A stretch of DNA of 64,000 bases from Chrysomallon squamiferum. Taxonomy: Eukaryota; Animalia; Mollusca. The stretch covers positions 38,378,001 to 38,442,000 of the forward strand of contig CM022670.1 in NCBI GenBank assembly GCA_012295275.1, in the 5' to 3' direction. Shown piece after piece: positions 48,335 to 61,512 of this stretch. A program made the translations under genes and the position numbers. The number at the start of each line of letters is the position of its first letter. Position 1 is the stretch's first letter. The notes under the pieces were generated by a model, which saw nothing but the letters and a program-made list of their open reading frames with translations, searched no databases and had not been told where the DNA came from.

Positions 48335-51334
48335 TGATGATGATGATATAAAATTACAGTATGGAATAAATTCAATTGTTTTGATACTGATTATGATGAT
48401 GATGATAATAATAATAATAATAATGACGACAACAACATAAATAATTATTAAAAAATGTAAGCCATTAATTTAGATTCTTTCTGCTAATAATAAACTATAA
48501 ATATATATATAAATGTTATTTTTGTTTCTTTCTTCAGTTTTACAATGCTTTTTATTTATTTATTTATTATATTTATTTATTCTGGGTTTAAAACTACAAA
48601 CGAAAATGTCTGCGATGGGTTTTTTCACTTCTTTTCGTAGCCTTGCAAGAAGCTTCTCAGAAACGGGATGCGAAGGCTCTGGAAGCCGCCATTAAAGAAG
48701 CCAAATCCGTGAACAAGAACCGGGAACTCAACCTACAGATCGCCTTGGCTGTCAAACTGAAGGAACATTTAGCCCGGATCGAGAAACTCAGACACGCCGT
48801 TCTGCACATGGAGCAGACGACGATCTCGGAACTGAAGAGTTATTCGCAGCCACCAGAAGGTTTACCTCCTGTAATGGCGGCCACTTTCATTCTGCTGGGA
48901 AGTAAGCCTTCAGAGGTGAAGGTTAGTGGCGTACGAATATTAATAACATAAATAAAATAAAATACTTAAACAGGTAAAATAAATAAGTAAATAAGATAAG
49001 ATAAGATAAGATAAAATAAATAAATAAAATAAAATAAATAAATAAAAAGAATTACATTAAGTAAATATATATAAATAAATAAATAGATAATTAGATAAAA
49101 TAATTATAAATAAAAAAATAAATAAAAAAATAAATAAATAAATAAATCAATCAATAACTGCATTAACCTGTATTGTATGCATTCTTTTGTCTTTTTTAAA
49201 TATAAATTTCTCTTTCCTTTAAACATAAGCTGTAAATTGTAGTCTGAGTGATTAATTAAATAGTTTTCAGTTATTCTAGATTTCTGTCAGTTAATTAATA
49301 AAATAAAATAAATAATATAATAAAATAAAATAAAATTAATAATATACATCAAGTTAAATAAAAACGCTCATGTAATAATACTACTGACTGACAGAAATCT
49401 AGAATAACCGATAACTATTTAATTAAACACCCAGACTACAGTTTAACGCTTATGTTTAAAGGAAAGAGAAATTTATATTTACAAAAAGACAAAAGAATGC
49501 ATACAATACAGCTTATTGCAGTGAATACACACCATCAGTTCTCGTAACACATTCACATATAAAATACATAAACCTAGAAGAAGAGCCTAAACTTACAAGA
49601 CAGATCGGTACAGACTTCTAAAATTACAATTCTCAGAAATGGCGAAACGTTTTGGTTCTGATGGGGAAGACTGGAAAGGAGTCGCTCATGAGGAAAGTGT
49701 CGCTGTTTAATGCGCAGAACGTGCCGCTGTCGTCTGCCAAGTCCGCTAAGAAGGCTCTCGGCGACATCACGATGGACCAGGTGCATTCAGTCAGTTCCGG
49801 AGCGGCCACGTTTTTTCAATGGGTAAGTCAGCCGTCAATGTCGGAAGTAAAAACGTTTAGGTTCACTGACCCGTGAAATTTTATTTTAAAAAAAAAAAAA
49901 AAAAATAAAAAAAATTATGTTTCTGTTCTTGTTTTTAAACACAGACACAAAGATATCAGTTTTTGTTTTAAATGCTGGTGGTTTTTTTTTTTGTTTTTGT
50001 TTTTTTGTGGGGGGTTATTATAAAGATTCAGCGACATAAATAAAATTTCAGTTTTTCAATACTGTTAAAAAATAAAATTTTAGAGAATCAATGGTAAAAA
50101 TTTAATTTTTCTAAAAAGAATCGACGTTTTACAAGAGATTTAAAGACTTTTTTTGTGGCTGTGTTTTTTTTTGTTTTTTTTTTTAAATAAAATAAAATTT
50201 GTTTAAAAAGCTCAGTAAACCCTAACCAAAAATTCGTCGAATAAAAATCTTTATAGTTTGTGGTTTTATTTATTATTATTATTATAATTATTATTATTAT
50301 TATTACTATTATTATTTAATGTGTTCTCTATTTTTGTTTTTGTTATTATTCATTTTTTTCGTCGTATTTTTAAATTGTCTTTTTGTTTTGGGTTTTTTTT
50401 TTTTAATCAGTAAATGTTTTATGTTAAAGACATAAAATTTCTGGAATAACCTTCAGGTGTTTTTTTTGTGCGTGTTCTTTAGTTTTGTTATTATTATTAT
50501 TCATTTTTTTCTTCGTATTTTTAATTTTTTTTTTTTTGGGTTTTTTTTTTTTTTATCAGTAAAATGATTTATGTTAAAGATATTTTTTTTTTTTTTTTTT
50601 TATTCATTTTTTTAAAATTGTTTTTTTGTTTTGGTTTTTTTTTTTTTTTTAATCAGTAAAATGATTTATGTTAAAGATATAAAATTTCTGGAATAACCTT
50701 CAGGTTTTTTTTTTTTCTTTCTTATTTTATTTTATTTCAGGCTACCAGTATGATAGAAGAAGTAGAATCATTCGGCGGAGCAGAAGCTGCCGATTCGAAA
50801 CGTTTGAAACGTTAGTGGAGAAAAACAGATTTATTTTTATCAAGTTTTTACATAATTATATCATACTCTTAGAGTCACGTTTTAACATAATTATATTATA
50901 CTCTTAGAGTCACGTTTTAACATAATTATATCATACTCTTAGTGTCAAGTTGTTGGGGTTTTTTTAATTAAAATTTAGAATTGGCAATTTGTTAATGAGT
51001 AAAACGATATTCTGTTTTGTTTCTTTTTTTTTTTTTAGTCGCGATTCTTTTTATCGTTTATTTATTTTATTTTATTTTATTTTATTTTATTTTAAGTTTC
51101 ATTTTATTTTATTTTATTTATTATTGTTATTATTTTTTTTTTAACTTTTTTATGTTTATGTTTATTTTTATTATTTATTTATTTTTTTTTGTATAGCTTT
51201 TTAAGAAAGGTTTTTATTTTTTTTTTTTTACTTTTTGTAAATTTTTTTTTTTTTTTTTTTTTTTTTGCGTAGACTTTTGTCTTCGTGCCAGTTTTTATAT
51301 CGGATTAGCTCATGTGTACATGGGGATATACTGA

Positions 51335-51365
<31 letters not shown>

Positions 51366-51595
51366 ATATGTATATATACAGAGATACAAGTACTGAAGTT
51401 GCAGACAACAACCCTTATCATCAAATACAATAAACATAAGCATCGTTCATTCCACAGATAACAGATTACAATTTTTCACTTATCTCTTAACACTGATATT
51501 TTAACTTACTTATTTATTAAACTGTCTTTAATTATTATTTACTTCAGAAATATATATTTTATTTTTTTATTTTGATTATCATTGCAGAGAAGTAA
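38448..51595 (+). CDS. Paralog C: hillarin/KY-like protein (myristoylation motif, inactive transglutaminase-like domain, 4 Ig-like repeats, dynein-MTBD-like C-terminus); apparent 1-nt frameshift in coding exon 2
   Basis: Exons 38448-38516 (MGVTVSKG...), 40261-40391, 42126-42358, 43393-45320, 47731-47898, 48641-48921, 49637-49822, 50741-50810 and 51588-51595 (...KRLKQK*). Exon sizes 233, 168, 281 and 186 are identical to paralog B, and the protein similarity is clear by eye. Confidence 0.88.
39905..40140. repeat. AT-rich tandem repeat, unit about 33 bp
   Basis: AAATAAATAAATGTAAATAATTAAATAAATATT repeated about 6-7 times. Confidence 0.8.
42355..42809 (+). repeat. 31-32-bp minisatellite (about 14.5 copies) derived from the exon/intron junction of paralog C
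   Basis: Unit GTCAGTAAGTATCGTTAATTTCTAGGATTTT; the first unit overlaps the true donor GCCA|GTAAGT at 42358. Confidence 0.93.
49157..49522. repeat. Long intronic inverted repeat (arms 49157-49291 and 49387-49522, AT-rich spacer about 95 nt)
   Basis: CTGTATTGTATGCATTCTTTTGTCTTTTT...GTTATTCTAGATTTCTGTCAGT is reverse-complemented in the right arm with scattered mismatches. Confidence 0.93.
50840..50951. repeat. 35-bp tandem repeat, 3 copies
   Basis: TCACGTTTTAACATAATTATATCATACTCTTAGAG occurs three times. Confidence 0.9.
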
Positions 51596-51856
51596 CATGC
51601 ACGAAGAAGCAGATTCATTCGCACCTTTACCTGTTAATCATGAACGTTAGTCTGAGAATGAATCAGTTTGTAACATCACAGTTGTCAGAGGAGATGTCCT
51701 AGTCTCTTTTATCTGTATGTGCGTACGTATGTATGTACACACAGTGATCGTTATTCATGTGTTTGTATATGTGTATGTGTGTGTATGTACATGTCTGTGT
51801 GTCTGTGTGTATATATATATAAAATATGTGTATATGTGTATGTGCGTGTGTGTATG

Positions 51857-51893
<37 letters not shown>

Positions 51894-52663
51894 GTATGTG
51901 TATGTATGTATATATGTATATGCGTGTATATAAATATATATATGTGTGTGTATGTCTGTGTGTGTGCAAATGGTTTAATTAAATTTTTAATGAAATTTGT
52001 ATTTGATTTCATTTTCCTGCATACCTGTGTTAACACGAACATATCGATTTCAATGACGTTCATGTAATTAAATTTCAATTGAAAAAAAAAAAAAGATTAA
52101 TTATACGCAGACTGCTGCCTTATTTAAATATAATTTATTTCCCGGTAGAACGGCGTGGAAAATAATTATCCACATTTATGTTGGTTTATTAAGACTGTCT
52201 GTATACGTTATGTATAAACGTGTTTAAGGATTGTGCGTGCGTGCGTGCGTGTTTATGTGTGTGTGTGTGTGTGTGTTGTGTGTGTGTGTGTGTGACCATT
52301 CATTATTTTCTTAACAATGACATGTTGTATCACTACAGACTTGATTTTAAAACGAGAGAAGGCAAATTTGATAATTTTACGAAAGAAACAATTTGTCCAC
52401 AGAGTTTTTCTAACTGGGAAAACTGTATTTTCTTGCCATCCCTTTATTCTTATATGTTCATGGATCTTAATTTGCAATATTTGTAGAAATTAAATAACAA
52501 ATTGATAACACTTTATTCATTTAATTTTCATATATATAGCCAACACTAAACCTAAACACACACGCACGCACACGTACACACACGCACACACACGCACACC
52601 TGCCTGCTTATAAACGCATTTATCTACACGCATACATTTATGCACTGATTCATTTCTTCACTC

Positions 52664-52694
<31 letters not shown>

Positions 52695-54171
52695 TATGCA
52701 TACGTACATACATACATACATACATACACAGACTGCTATAATATTGACGAGACAATCAAATTTTGATATATAAATATATTTATAAAATTGTTTTATTTTA
52801 TTAAAATGTATTCAGTTTTTATAAGTGTTATCCTTATCTAAATATTTATATTCTTATAATAAAAAAAAGGAGGCTGATAAAAATTCAGTTGAAAGTGTAT
52901 TAACAAATATAAAATATAATTTGTACAGAACAATACTTGTGCACAGATGTATTTACTGATTTAAAAAAAAGAAAAAGAAATGTGAATATTTATATTATTT
53001 TTTTTATTTCATGAAAAAAATGTCATGATTTGTAATATAATTAAATATAAAAATAATAAACCAGCAAAGTGTTACTTATGAACAAATAAATAAATAAATA
53101 AACGTATAACAACCTTATAAATTATCATAATTTATTTATTTATTTATTTATTTATTTAATTTAATTTAATTTAATTTAATTTAATTTAATTTAATTTAAT
53201 TTAAATTTAAATTTCTACCACGTAAAATTCTTAATGAATATATTTTCACGTTAAGAACGTTACGTGTTTTAGTACTTAATTAATAATTTAATAAACGTAA
53301 ACATCGCGTGGGGAAAATTTAAAGATTAAAACACCCTGATATAAGTAACAAATATCTGTGATTTATATTATTCAAATATGCTGACAAAGAACTGTTATTC
53401 CCTGTGAGTTATTTTTTTAATTGTTTCTGTTACGGTTGTGATAATTGTTACTACGAATGTCTTAATTACTGCTGTAATTTAATAACTACGAAATGTATTT
53501 ATATTGTAATAAATAAATTGTAATAATGATCTACCTTTATATTATTGTTTTTATTATTACTTCTACTACTACTACTACTGGTGCTGCTACTACTACTACT
53601 ACATTATATTATTTTTATTATTAATTCTTAATTTCTTTATGTTTCAATATTGCTTTTAAAAATGTTCAGAGGACAAAATTCCTAGTTACAGTATAGCTTC
53701 AGTGTTTTGTATCAGGTGTGGAATACAAGTCTCACTTTTAACGCACAGATAAAAATAAAAAATTAAAAAAACGAACAGATAAACTATGGGAAATAACCGC
53801 TGAAAAAGTGAAACGCTCAGAATTATTTTCTCTCTTTGCGATTACTTTAAAGCAGACGCAATTATTGCTTTATCCGTATGGTCGTTTTAACCATAAAGCA
53901 CGAAGATACGCAATCTTAGATAAAACAAAAATAATTTTATACCGAATTCGTCAATCTGTAGAACTAGACATTACAGTAAATAAAAAATACAATCAGAGAA
54001 AGAGAAATTATAACATCTTATACCATGATAAAATAAAATGTAAAGATGAAATATGCGGGCTAGAAGATTGTGAACGCTTGTTTAGAGAACATTCACTTAC
54101 AGCTAGAACGAGACCGAGATTGAGAACGATACGACATGCATGACGTTGGTGACACCGTGTTGCCGTTTTTC

Positions 54172-54290
54172 AGGACCAACGTTCTTCTTCAGCTTTAACT
54201 GTTATGGGGGGGGCCTTTGAAAGGACCAAAGTTCTTGTACAGCTTTAACTGTTATGGGGGGGGGCCCTTTGGAAGCAGCAAAAGTTCTTC
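54172..54290. repeat. 50-bp tandem repeat, about 2.3 copies
   Basis: AGGACCAA.GTTCTT...CAGCTTTAACTGTTATGGGGGGGGCC at 54172 and 54222. Confidence 0.85.
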
Positions 54291-55560
54291 GTAACCACCG
54301 TTATTTTCTTCAGTAGGCTTGTTTCATGACAGACCACTCTTATAAATGTTATGAATATTTCAGCATGGCATCTCAGATTTTAAGGAAAATTTTGAATCAT
54401 TGTGGTGGACTAAAGTTTGCTTCTGGGTGCCTTTCCAGGATTTGTGGTAATGAATTTTAAGTTTGATTAGTTTCATAACAGATTCGCGACTGATACAGCG
54501 TTCAACAGGTCAACCGACTTGTAGCAGAGTTCGTCTACGTCCGCGCGTAAATCGTTAAGTGAGGAGTATCTTGTATTAAACTGTTGAGATGTTATTAAAA
54601 TTCTAGAACGTAAAAAAATCGTAAAAAAACCAGGTGAAACTTTTGTACGTGTAGATAAAATGTGGTAATAAAAAAAAAAAAATGTTTTTCTTCCGTTTTA
54701 ATTTACCAGTCCAAAATAAAACAGTAATAAAATATATACTGAATATAAAAATATGATATCTATTTTATATAGTACTCGAGAATATTTATAGAGAATTTTA
54801 TTGATAAATTAACAGTTTCGTACAGCTATAAAAAGGATTAATAACACCGCCTCTATTTTTCAAACAACAATATCCATTAGGAAAAGATTATTTTTCCAAA
54901 CAACAGAACGTTTATATTGGAGAAACGCTTCTATTTTCATAGAACAGGTTTTTGTTGTGGCTGCTTTCTTTATAGTAAGATACAAGACTTGTTATTTATA
55001 TCAAACAACTGAGCTTATTCGGTATATTTATAAAAATATATATAGATAACAGATATCTGTGTCATTTTACATTATAACTGGCTGTATATTTTTTGTCGTT
55101 TATAAACAAGAAAACTAGATATGTTTGTAAAGGTTTATACTTGTGTACATATAATAGGCATCGTAGTGTTGCGTAAAGATATTTTTGTTACAGGTAATAG
55201 ATCACTGTATTATTGTCTGTGCTTATTTAGGTGTAATTAATTATTCATAGGTAAAAGATAACGGTAAGTTTAGATTTTCTTTGTTTATAAAACAAGTCTT
55301 GGGGTGTCGTTGTGGACGTTGTAAAAATAGAATTGAAAAAACAAACACTGCTGTAGTGACAACACCGTGTCTTGATCGGCTTGTTGAATTACTCAGTCGC
55401 CGTGAGAAACGTTAATCCGGATTATCCCTTCATGACAACAAACCAACTCAGTGCTGAATGGTTTTTTCCCCGTGATTTTTTGTTTTGTGATATTGTTTTA
55501 AGACAAAAAAAAAATAAATCTTGAGGCTTTTCTTTTTCTCTTATTTGCTTTGACGTTGTT

Positions 55561-55637
<77 letters not shown>

Positions 55638-56229
55638 CGTCCATGGATCTCTTTCTCTTTTTTCTCTCGTTTTCTCTCTGTCTGTCTGACTGTCCTTTGT
55701 CTCTCTCATACTCACAGATACACGCATAAAATACTCATTGTCTAAACTGGATTTACTGATAATGAGCAGTAACTTAGTGAGTAAAGTCTTGATGTGTCAC
55801 GTGATAAGTAGACCGGATCAGTTCTCCACAGGTATTCGCGTTATCGATCTACTTCAAGACAAATAAAAAATGTCCCTTGCTGTTTTTCACAGTGAGAGTT
55901 ATTCATAAAACGACGATAAAGAAATTTCTCTTTCGCTTATAAGTTCAATATAAATATAAAATATCAGTATTAAAATGGGCTGAGATCGTTAAACAAATGT
56001 TTAATGTTATTCATTAATTTATTCATTCGGTCTTACAATAAATTTATGACATAATCAAAAATGTATGTACATGAGTAAAAATTAACCAGCAGATATTACA
56101 TTTTCTACAAGTGTAACAACTATAAAAAAAACACATCAATAATAACAACAGTGACAGTAAAAATAATAGTAATAACGGCAGCAGTAACAAATAATAATAA
56201 CAGCGACAACAATAATATCAAATAAATAA

Positions 56230-56270
<41 letters not shown>

Positions 56271-56489
56271 AACAACAATAGCACTTCCGACACTTAGGTA
56301 CCAATTTCAGTTTTCCTCCTTGTGTTTCTTTTAGTTATTACATCTTTGTAAATTGAAAAACAAGTTTCCTGAATCAAAACATAGAATGAAAAGCAAAACA
56401 GCCAACTGCTTTGTCTTCTTCTTCATCCTCCTAAACACGTTATAACTTCTTTCTTCTTCACACAGTTTTAGCCATTGTCGCTGAACTCA

Positions 56490-57299
56490 CTATGAAAACG
56501 GGTCGACCTCTTTCTCCAGCTCGTTCTCGTACCGCTTGGAAAACCTGAGGTAGCGACACGCCTTCAGTTTGTCCCATTCCACCTGCTGCTTCTCCGTCCA
56601 CCTCTTCTCCGGCTCCTCTTCCTGCAGCTCCGCGTGCTGGATCCCGTGCGACAGATCTCGAAGCAGACGATCCGTCGATATGTTGATGGAGCCCCTCCTC
56701 TGCACAGAGCGGTTACCGCCCGGGGAGAGGCTGTTCTGGGCGGTCGACGCCTCTTCCAGTCCGCCGGACGAGTCCTCGAGAATTGGGACTTGGACTTGGA
56801 CTTGGACCTGGACCTGGACGTTCGGCACTGATCGCGATCGATCGCGCATCTGCGGGAGATGAAGCGCGCGCCTCGCTTCAGAGCGGCTGTCGTCTGCTTG
56901 TTCCCCGCCGAAATCCGCTCCTTTCGCAGCAGTCTCCGGCGTTGGCGTGTCCGCTCGGTTTGGACCGAAGTTCGGACTGCTTCGCGTCATGGACGGTCTT
57001 CTCATCTTGTTTCCAGACGTTGCTGGACGCTGAACGACGACGGTGTTTTCGCTCAGATCGCTGACCAGAATCTTTGGCACGTAAGGAACCGATGGCCCGC
57101 AGGTCTTCGGTCGCGTTCCTTTATTGGGCAGCAGCAGCATGTGTCCTCTCGCGATGGCCGAAGTTTTGCTGCTGCCTCTACGTACAAATTTGTCAGGTTC
57201 CGTGAATCTCACTGACAGACTCCTCTCTTCTTTTCTGAGAGTTGGGGACATGATTCTTCGAGTGTTTGCCGATCTGCTGCCTCCTTGTCGAGCAGCCAT
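56490..57299 (-). CDS. Uncharacterised single-coding-exon Ser/Arg-rich protein (269 aa) with C-terminal WDKLKACRYLR motif
   Basis: GC-rich open frame with an acceptor about 30 nt upstream of the ATG. Its C-terminal ~55 aa are clearly homologous to the 333-aa ORF (RRGSINIS...LRDL.HGI.H.EL...WT..+Q.EWDKLK.CRYLR). Confidence 0.8.
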   Translation of the reverse strand: MAARQGGSRSANTRRIMSPTLRKEERSLSVRFTEPDKFVRRGSSKTSAIARGHMLLLPNKGTRPKTCGPSVPYVPKILVSDLSENTVVVQRPATSGNKMRRPSMTRSSPNFGPNRADTPTPETAAKGADFGGEQADDSRSEARRALHLPQMRDRSRSVPNVQVQVQVQVQVPILEDSSGGLEEASTAQNSLSPGGNRSVQRRGSINISTDRLLRDLSHGIQHAELQEEEPEKRWTEKQQVEWDKLKACRYLRFSKRYENELEKEVDPFS

Positions 57300-57733
57300 C
57301 TTGCATAACTTACAGCACAGTGCGTGGCTGGGAGAAAAACAACGGTTCAGGCCACAAGTAAATCTGCACCACGTCGCGATAAAGCCGCAAGATAATGTAT
57401 ATATCGTTGTACTTATATCGATTGTACGAGTGGATTATTTCTGGATTATAAAAGCCATGCCAAGCTTTGATTAGGGACACGTGCAAGGAATTCTTTTTTT
57501 TTTTTTTTTTTTTTTTTGGCAGTAGCATTCTGTGTTAGTGGAACGGGAACGTGAACCGTGTTAAGATGAAATAACAGAAAAACGATCAGTTAAATGTTAA
57601 AATGAAAAAACCCTCCCGTAAACAGAAATTATCTGTTTGTATATACAGGAGATTTACCAACAATAGCATCAATAAGATTAATGGTGGCAGCAGAAGCAAA
57701 AACAACAACCAATACTAGTATAACTACTACTAT

Positions 57734-57770
<37 letters not shown>

Positions 57771-58288
57771 GCATACAATAATAATAATAATAATAAAAAT
57801 AATAATAATAAAGATAATAATAATAATATAACTATAATAATAACAAAAACAACGATAATGATGATGATAACAATTATGTTGATGTTGATAATAATATTAA
57901 TAATAATAATAATAATAAACAGGACACCAGTGATGGTAATTTTAATAGTAGTAGCAGAAATAGAAGTAGTAATAGTAATGTTAATGTTATGTAACAGTCA
58001 TAAATGAAAATAACTGATAACACGCTTTAATCTATATCATCTACATTTTCACAAATTCATTATGTTATGTCCATTTCGTAATACAATAATAAAAACCTTT
58101 GAAGGAATTTTTGATATAAAGAAAAAAGTCCCAGCGGTAACAGACAAATATTTAACAGCAATCTTCCGTTTTTTAAATTTCTTGTTGTCCAAAGTAATAA
58201 ATAAATAATAATAAATAATATAACTTTAAATAATTTAAATAAAACTGTAACACAAAGACACAACAGGTGGGCGTCTAATATGTGATCG

Positions 58289-58561
58289 TTCCAGTGATCT
58301 AATATGTGTGTTGTTGATGTTTTTTTTTGTTGTTTTTTTTTTGTTCACACAAGAGACGTCTTTGCAAACGATTCTTTTTCTCTTCTTTTTTTTTCCATTT
58401 TTTTTTTTTGTTTGTTCAAATGCCAGAAATATCTAAAAATTGCCGAGTCGGTGAAACTGCTTCAGTATTTACGTACATATTTTATCAAACAGAATTTTAA
58501 AAACGAAAACACACCCTGAAAGTCTTTAAATGAAATAGAAAGAGAAAAAAAGGGGAGAAAT

Positions 58562-58570
<9 letters not shown>
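58289..58570 (+). repeat. Copy 2 of the dispersed direct repeat of about 290 bp
   Basis: Near-identical to 33705-34000; both copies run into (GA)n. Confidence 0.92.
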
Positions 58571-58640
<70 letters not shown>

Positions 58641-58970
58641 TGAATTATGGCTTACCACGTCTCTAACTAATGTTTCTCAATGAACTAACGGCCTAACCTA
58701 GGTCAAACAAAATTCTGACTGGATTAATAATAAACAGTAACATGATTCACTCGCAGTCATTTATATTACATTCAAATGTAATGTTTTGAGGTGAGAAAAG
58801 TAAGTACACTGCGATAATGACATTTACTGAAATTGTTGTGATCTTTGGCTCATGTCAGTTAAATTTAATAATCCCAATCTGTTAATAAATGAAATACAAA
58901 TTAATTTATAATAAACGTCTCAGCTTTTTAGAAAATAATTTTTATTCTAGTTTATAATAATAATTGTAAC

Positions 58971-59019
<49 letters not shown>

Positions 59020-59057
59020 TAATAATAATGATAATGATAACAACAATAATAATAATA

Positions 59058-59253
59058 TTTAGAAGATGAAGAAAATGAATGAAATTTCTGTCTTCAGCAT
59101 AATTATTTGGTTTGCTACAAGATTAGCTGAATAATAATAATAATAATAATAATATATAATAACGATAATAATAATAATAATTAGAAGAAAAAGAAGATGT
59201 AGAAATATCTGTCTCGAGCTTAATTATTTAGTTTGTTACAAGATTAGCTGAAT
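59058..59253. repeat. Diverged tandem duplication (about 75-bp core separated by AAT repeats)
   Basis: TTAGAAGA...GAAAT.TCTGTCT..AGC.TAATTATTT.GTTTG.TACAAGATTAGCTGAATAA occurs twice. Confidence 0.75.
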
Positions 59254-59510
59254 AAAGCAATTTGTGTTTCGGAGTATTAGCCACTCTGATTGCTGAACTG
59301 GTCCAGTACCTGCTTGTAACTTTGAATGATGCTTACCAAGTATTACATTCAATACTGAAACATAGCGTCACTCAAACAGTTGTATTGTTCATAGACTATA
59401 GGTACTAAATTAATCTTCTACACTTGAAGTCTAGACGATAATGCTATACATAATATAATATAAATGATATATAATATTAGTAAAAGTCGTTATTACAATA
59501 GGGAAGTACT

Positions 59511-59597
<87 letters not shown>

Positions 59598-59752
59598 CTT
59601 AATTAATTAATTCTTACATATTTCACATTGTTTCTGTTCTGTTAGGACAATAAGAAAATGCTTATTGTTTAATTACAAATTTGTTGCATACAAAACTAAG
59701 TATTTATTAAACAGAATTTAAAATCCACAAAATACCCCACAAAACAAGAACA

Positions 59753-59844
<92 letters not shown>

Positions 59845-60324
59845 AATAAAATAAAATAAAATAATAATAATAATAAAGACAAGAAAACTTACATACGAAG
59901 TATGAAAAACAGTTCCTTTATTAATCCTAAGAATAACAATCACAAGGCAGTCATGGTAACAATTAATTAAAAATACTTGAATAATTTAATGTCTTTCTTC
60001 ATTTCACAGGCAAAACATTCTCTTTTTCTTTTTAAATAAACATTTTATTTCCTTAAAATATTCATTTATTCTCTTGACAACTGTTTGTACCAAATTTCAT
60101 CGAAATGCATGAGCCATAACTATTGAATAAATGCTGTCAGTATAAAAAATGTATCACCTTCTGATGTTTTTAATAACGTAATGAAAATGTTACATATTTT
60201 ACAATAAATTCTGAAAAAAAAAACAAAAGTTCTTTACATACCCAATAAAAAAAATCACACCAGACTTAGTACACACCTGAATAACAATTATAAAAATTTA
60301 TCCCCAAAAAAAAAAAAATTAACA

Positions 60325-61326
60325 TCAAGAAAGGACGTCCGACACATTCTCTTCGTTATCCGCACGAATCCTCAAGTATCGGCATGACTTCAGTTTATCC
60401 CATTCCGACTGCTTCTCGGCGGTCCAGCTGCTGCTGTCGTTGCCGTCTCCCAGCTCGATGTGAGAGATGCCGTGCCACAGGTCTCTGATGAGGAGGTTGA
60501 CGGAGATGTTGATGGAACGTCGTCTCTGCGGAACAAGGCTTCCGCTTCTAGACCTTGGAGTCTGATCGAGACTCGAGCTGCTGGAACTTCTGGACAAGCT
60601 CCTCGGTTCCTGCGCGTCGCCCGGTTCGGTTTTCTGTTCTCTCGCTCCGCAGACGACCTCGTCGTCGGCAACGTCGAGCACGGAGTTCCACCGCGTGGAC
60701 AAGGCCAGCGAGTTAGAAGAATAAGAGTTCCTCTCTTCGGAAAGATGTTCGGAACACTCCGTGACCTCCGGCACTCCGTCCACGACGATCGAAGGAAGGC
60801 AGGTGAAACGCGACAACGTTGACAACGACGACGACGCTTGTCTTTGATTTGACAACGACGAAGCAGACCTGTCGTCGTCGTAAAACGACGCCTGGGAAGA
60901 TGCCGACTGACAAACCGCGGCGAGTTGAGCATTTTCTGTTTCTCTTTCGGAACTGTTCGTTTTCTTAGCTCGGCTCGAAGAGCAGCGAGCAGATTTCGAA
61001 GTCACGTGACTTTCCGGCAAGCCAGCGCTGCAAGACTTGGGACGTTGTTGTTGTTGGTGGTAGTGGTGGTGGTAGTTGTTCACGGGACTCAGATTCTGTC
61101 TTTCTGCTGCTCTCCTTGGAGTCGATGGAGACGTGATTCCTTTGTTTCGCCTCAGCACTTCTGGGCTGCATTTCTTTCTCAGCTGTTTCTGCTGCTGATT
61201 CATGTCCTGTATGACAGTCTCCGCGTTCACTTTCAACTTTCTGATCTCTCTGTTCAGCTGTCTGGTCGCCAGTAAGTTCTTCTGAATGAGATCCGTCTCC
61301 GTCTGCTTCTTATAAAACACTTCCAT
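60325..61326 (-). CDS. Uncharacterised single-coding-exon protein (333 aa): N-terminal coiled coil, Ser-rich middle, C-terminal WDKLKSCRYLR motif (possibly CCDC190-like)
   Basis: Long GC-rich ORF with ACAATGG start context, heptad-like N-terminus and a C-terminal motif shared with 56490-57299. The CCDC190 resemblance is from memory only. Confidence 0.82.
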   Translation of the reverse strand: MEVFYKKQTETDLIQKNLLATRQLNREIRKLKVNAETVIQDMNQQQKQLRKKCSPEVLRRNKGITSPSTPRRAAERQNLSPVNNYHHHYHQQQQRPKSCSAGLPESHVTSKSARCSSSRAKKTNSSERETENAQLAAVCQSASSQASFYDDDRSASSLSNQRQASSSLSTLSRFTCLPSIVVDGVPEVTECSEHLSEERNSYSSNSLALSTRWNSVLDVADDEVVCGAREQKTEPGDAQEPRSLSRSSSSSSLDQTPRSRSGSLVPQRRRSINISVNLLIRDLWHGISHIELGDGNDSSSWTAEKQSEWDKLKSCRYLRIRADNEENVSDVLS

Positions 61327-61468
61327 TGTTAGGTACAGTATTTATAACTGTTCGTTGATTCTAAAGTGTTTGGTCTCACGCTTCCTTTTTTTTTTTTTTT
61401 ATCTTTGTTCTCTCTGTTTTCTTTCGAACGTTTTTTCTTTACTGTTTTCTTCTGTTTTGTACTCACTG

Positions 61469-61512
<44 letters not shown>

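Noticed and set aside
54473-54580. Minus-strand protein-like stretch FNTRYSSLNDLRADVDELCYKSVDLL...*
   Set aside because: Only 35 codons, with no upstream exons or recognised family.
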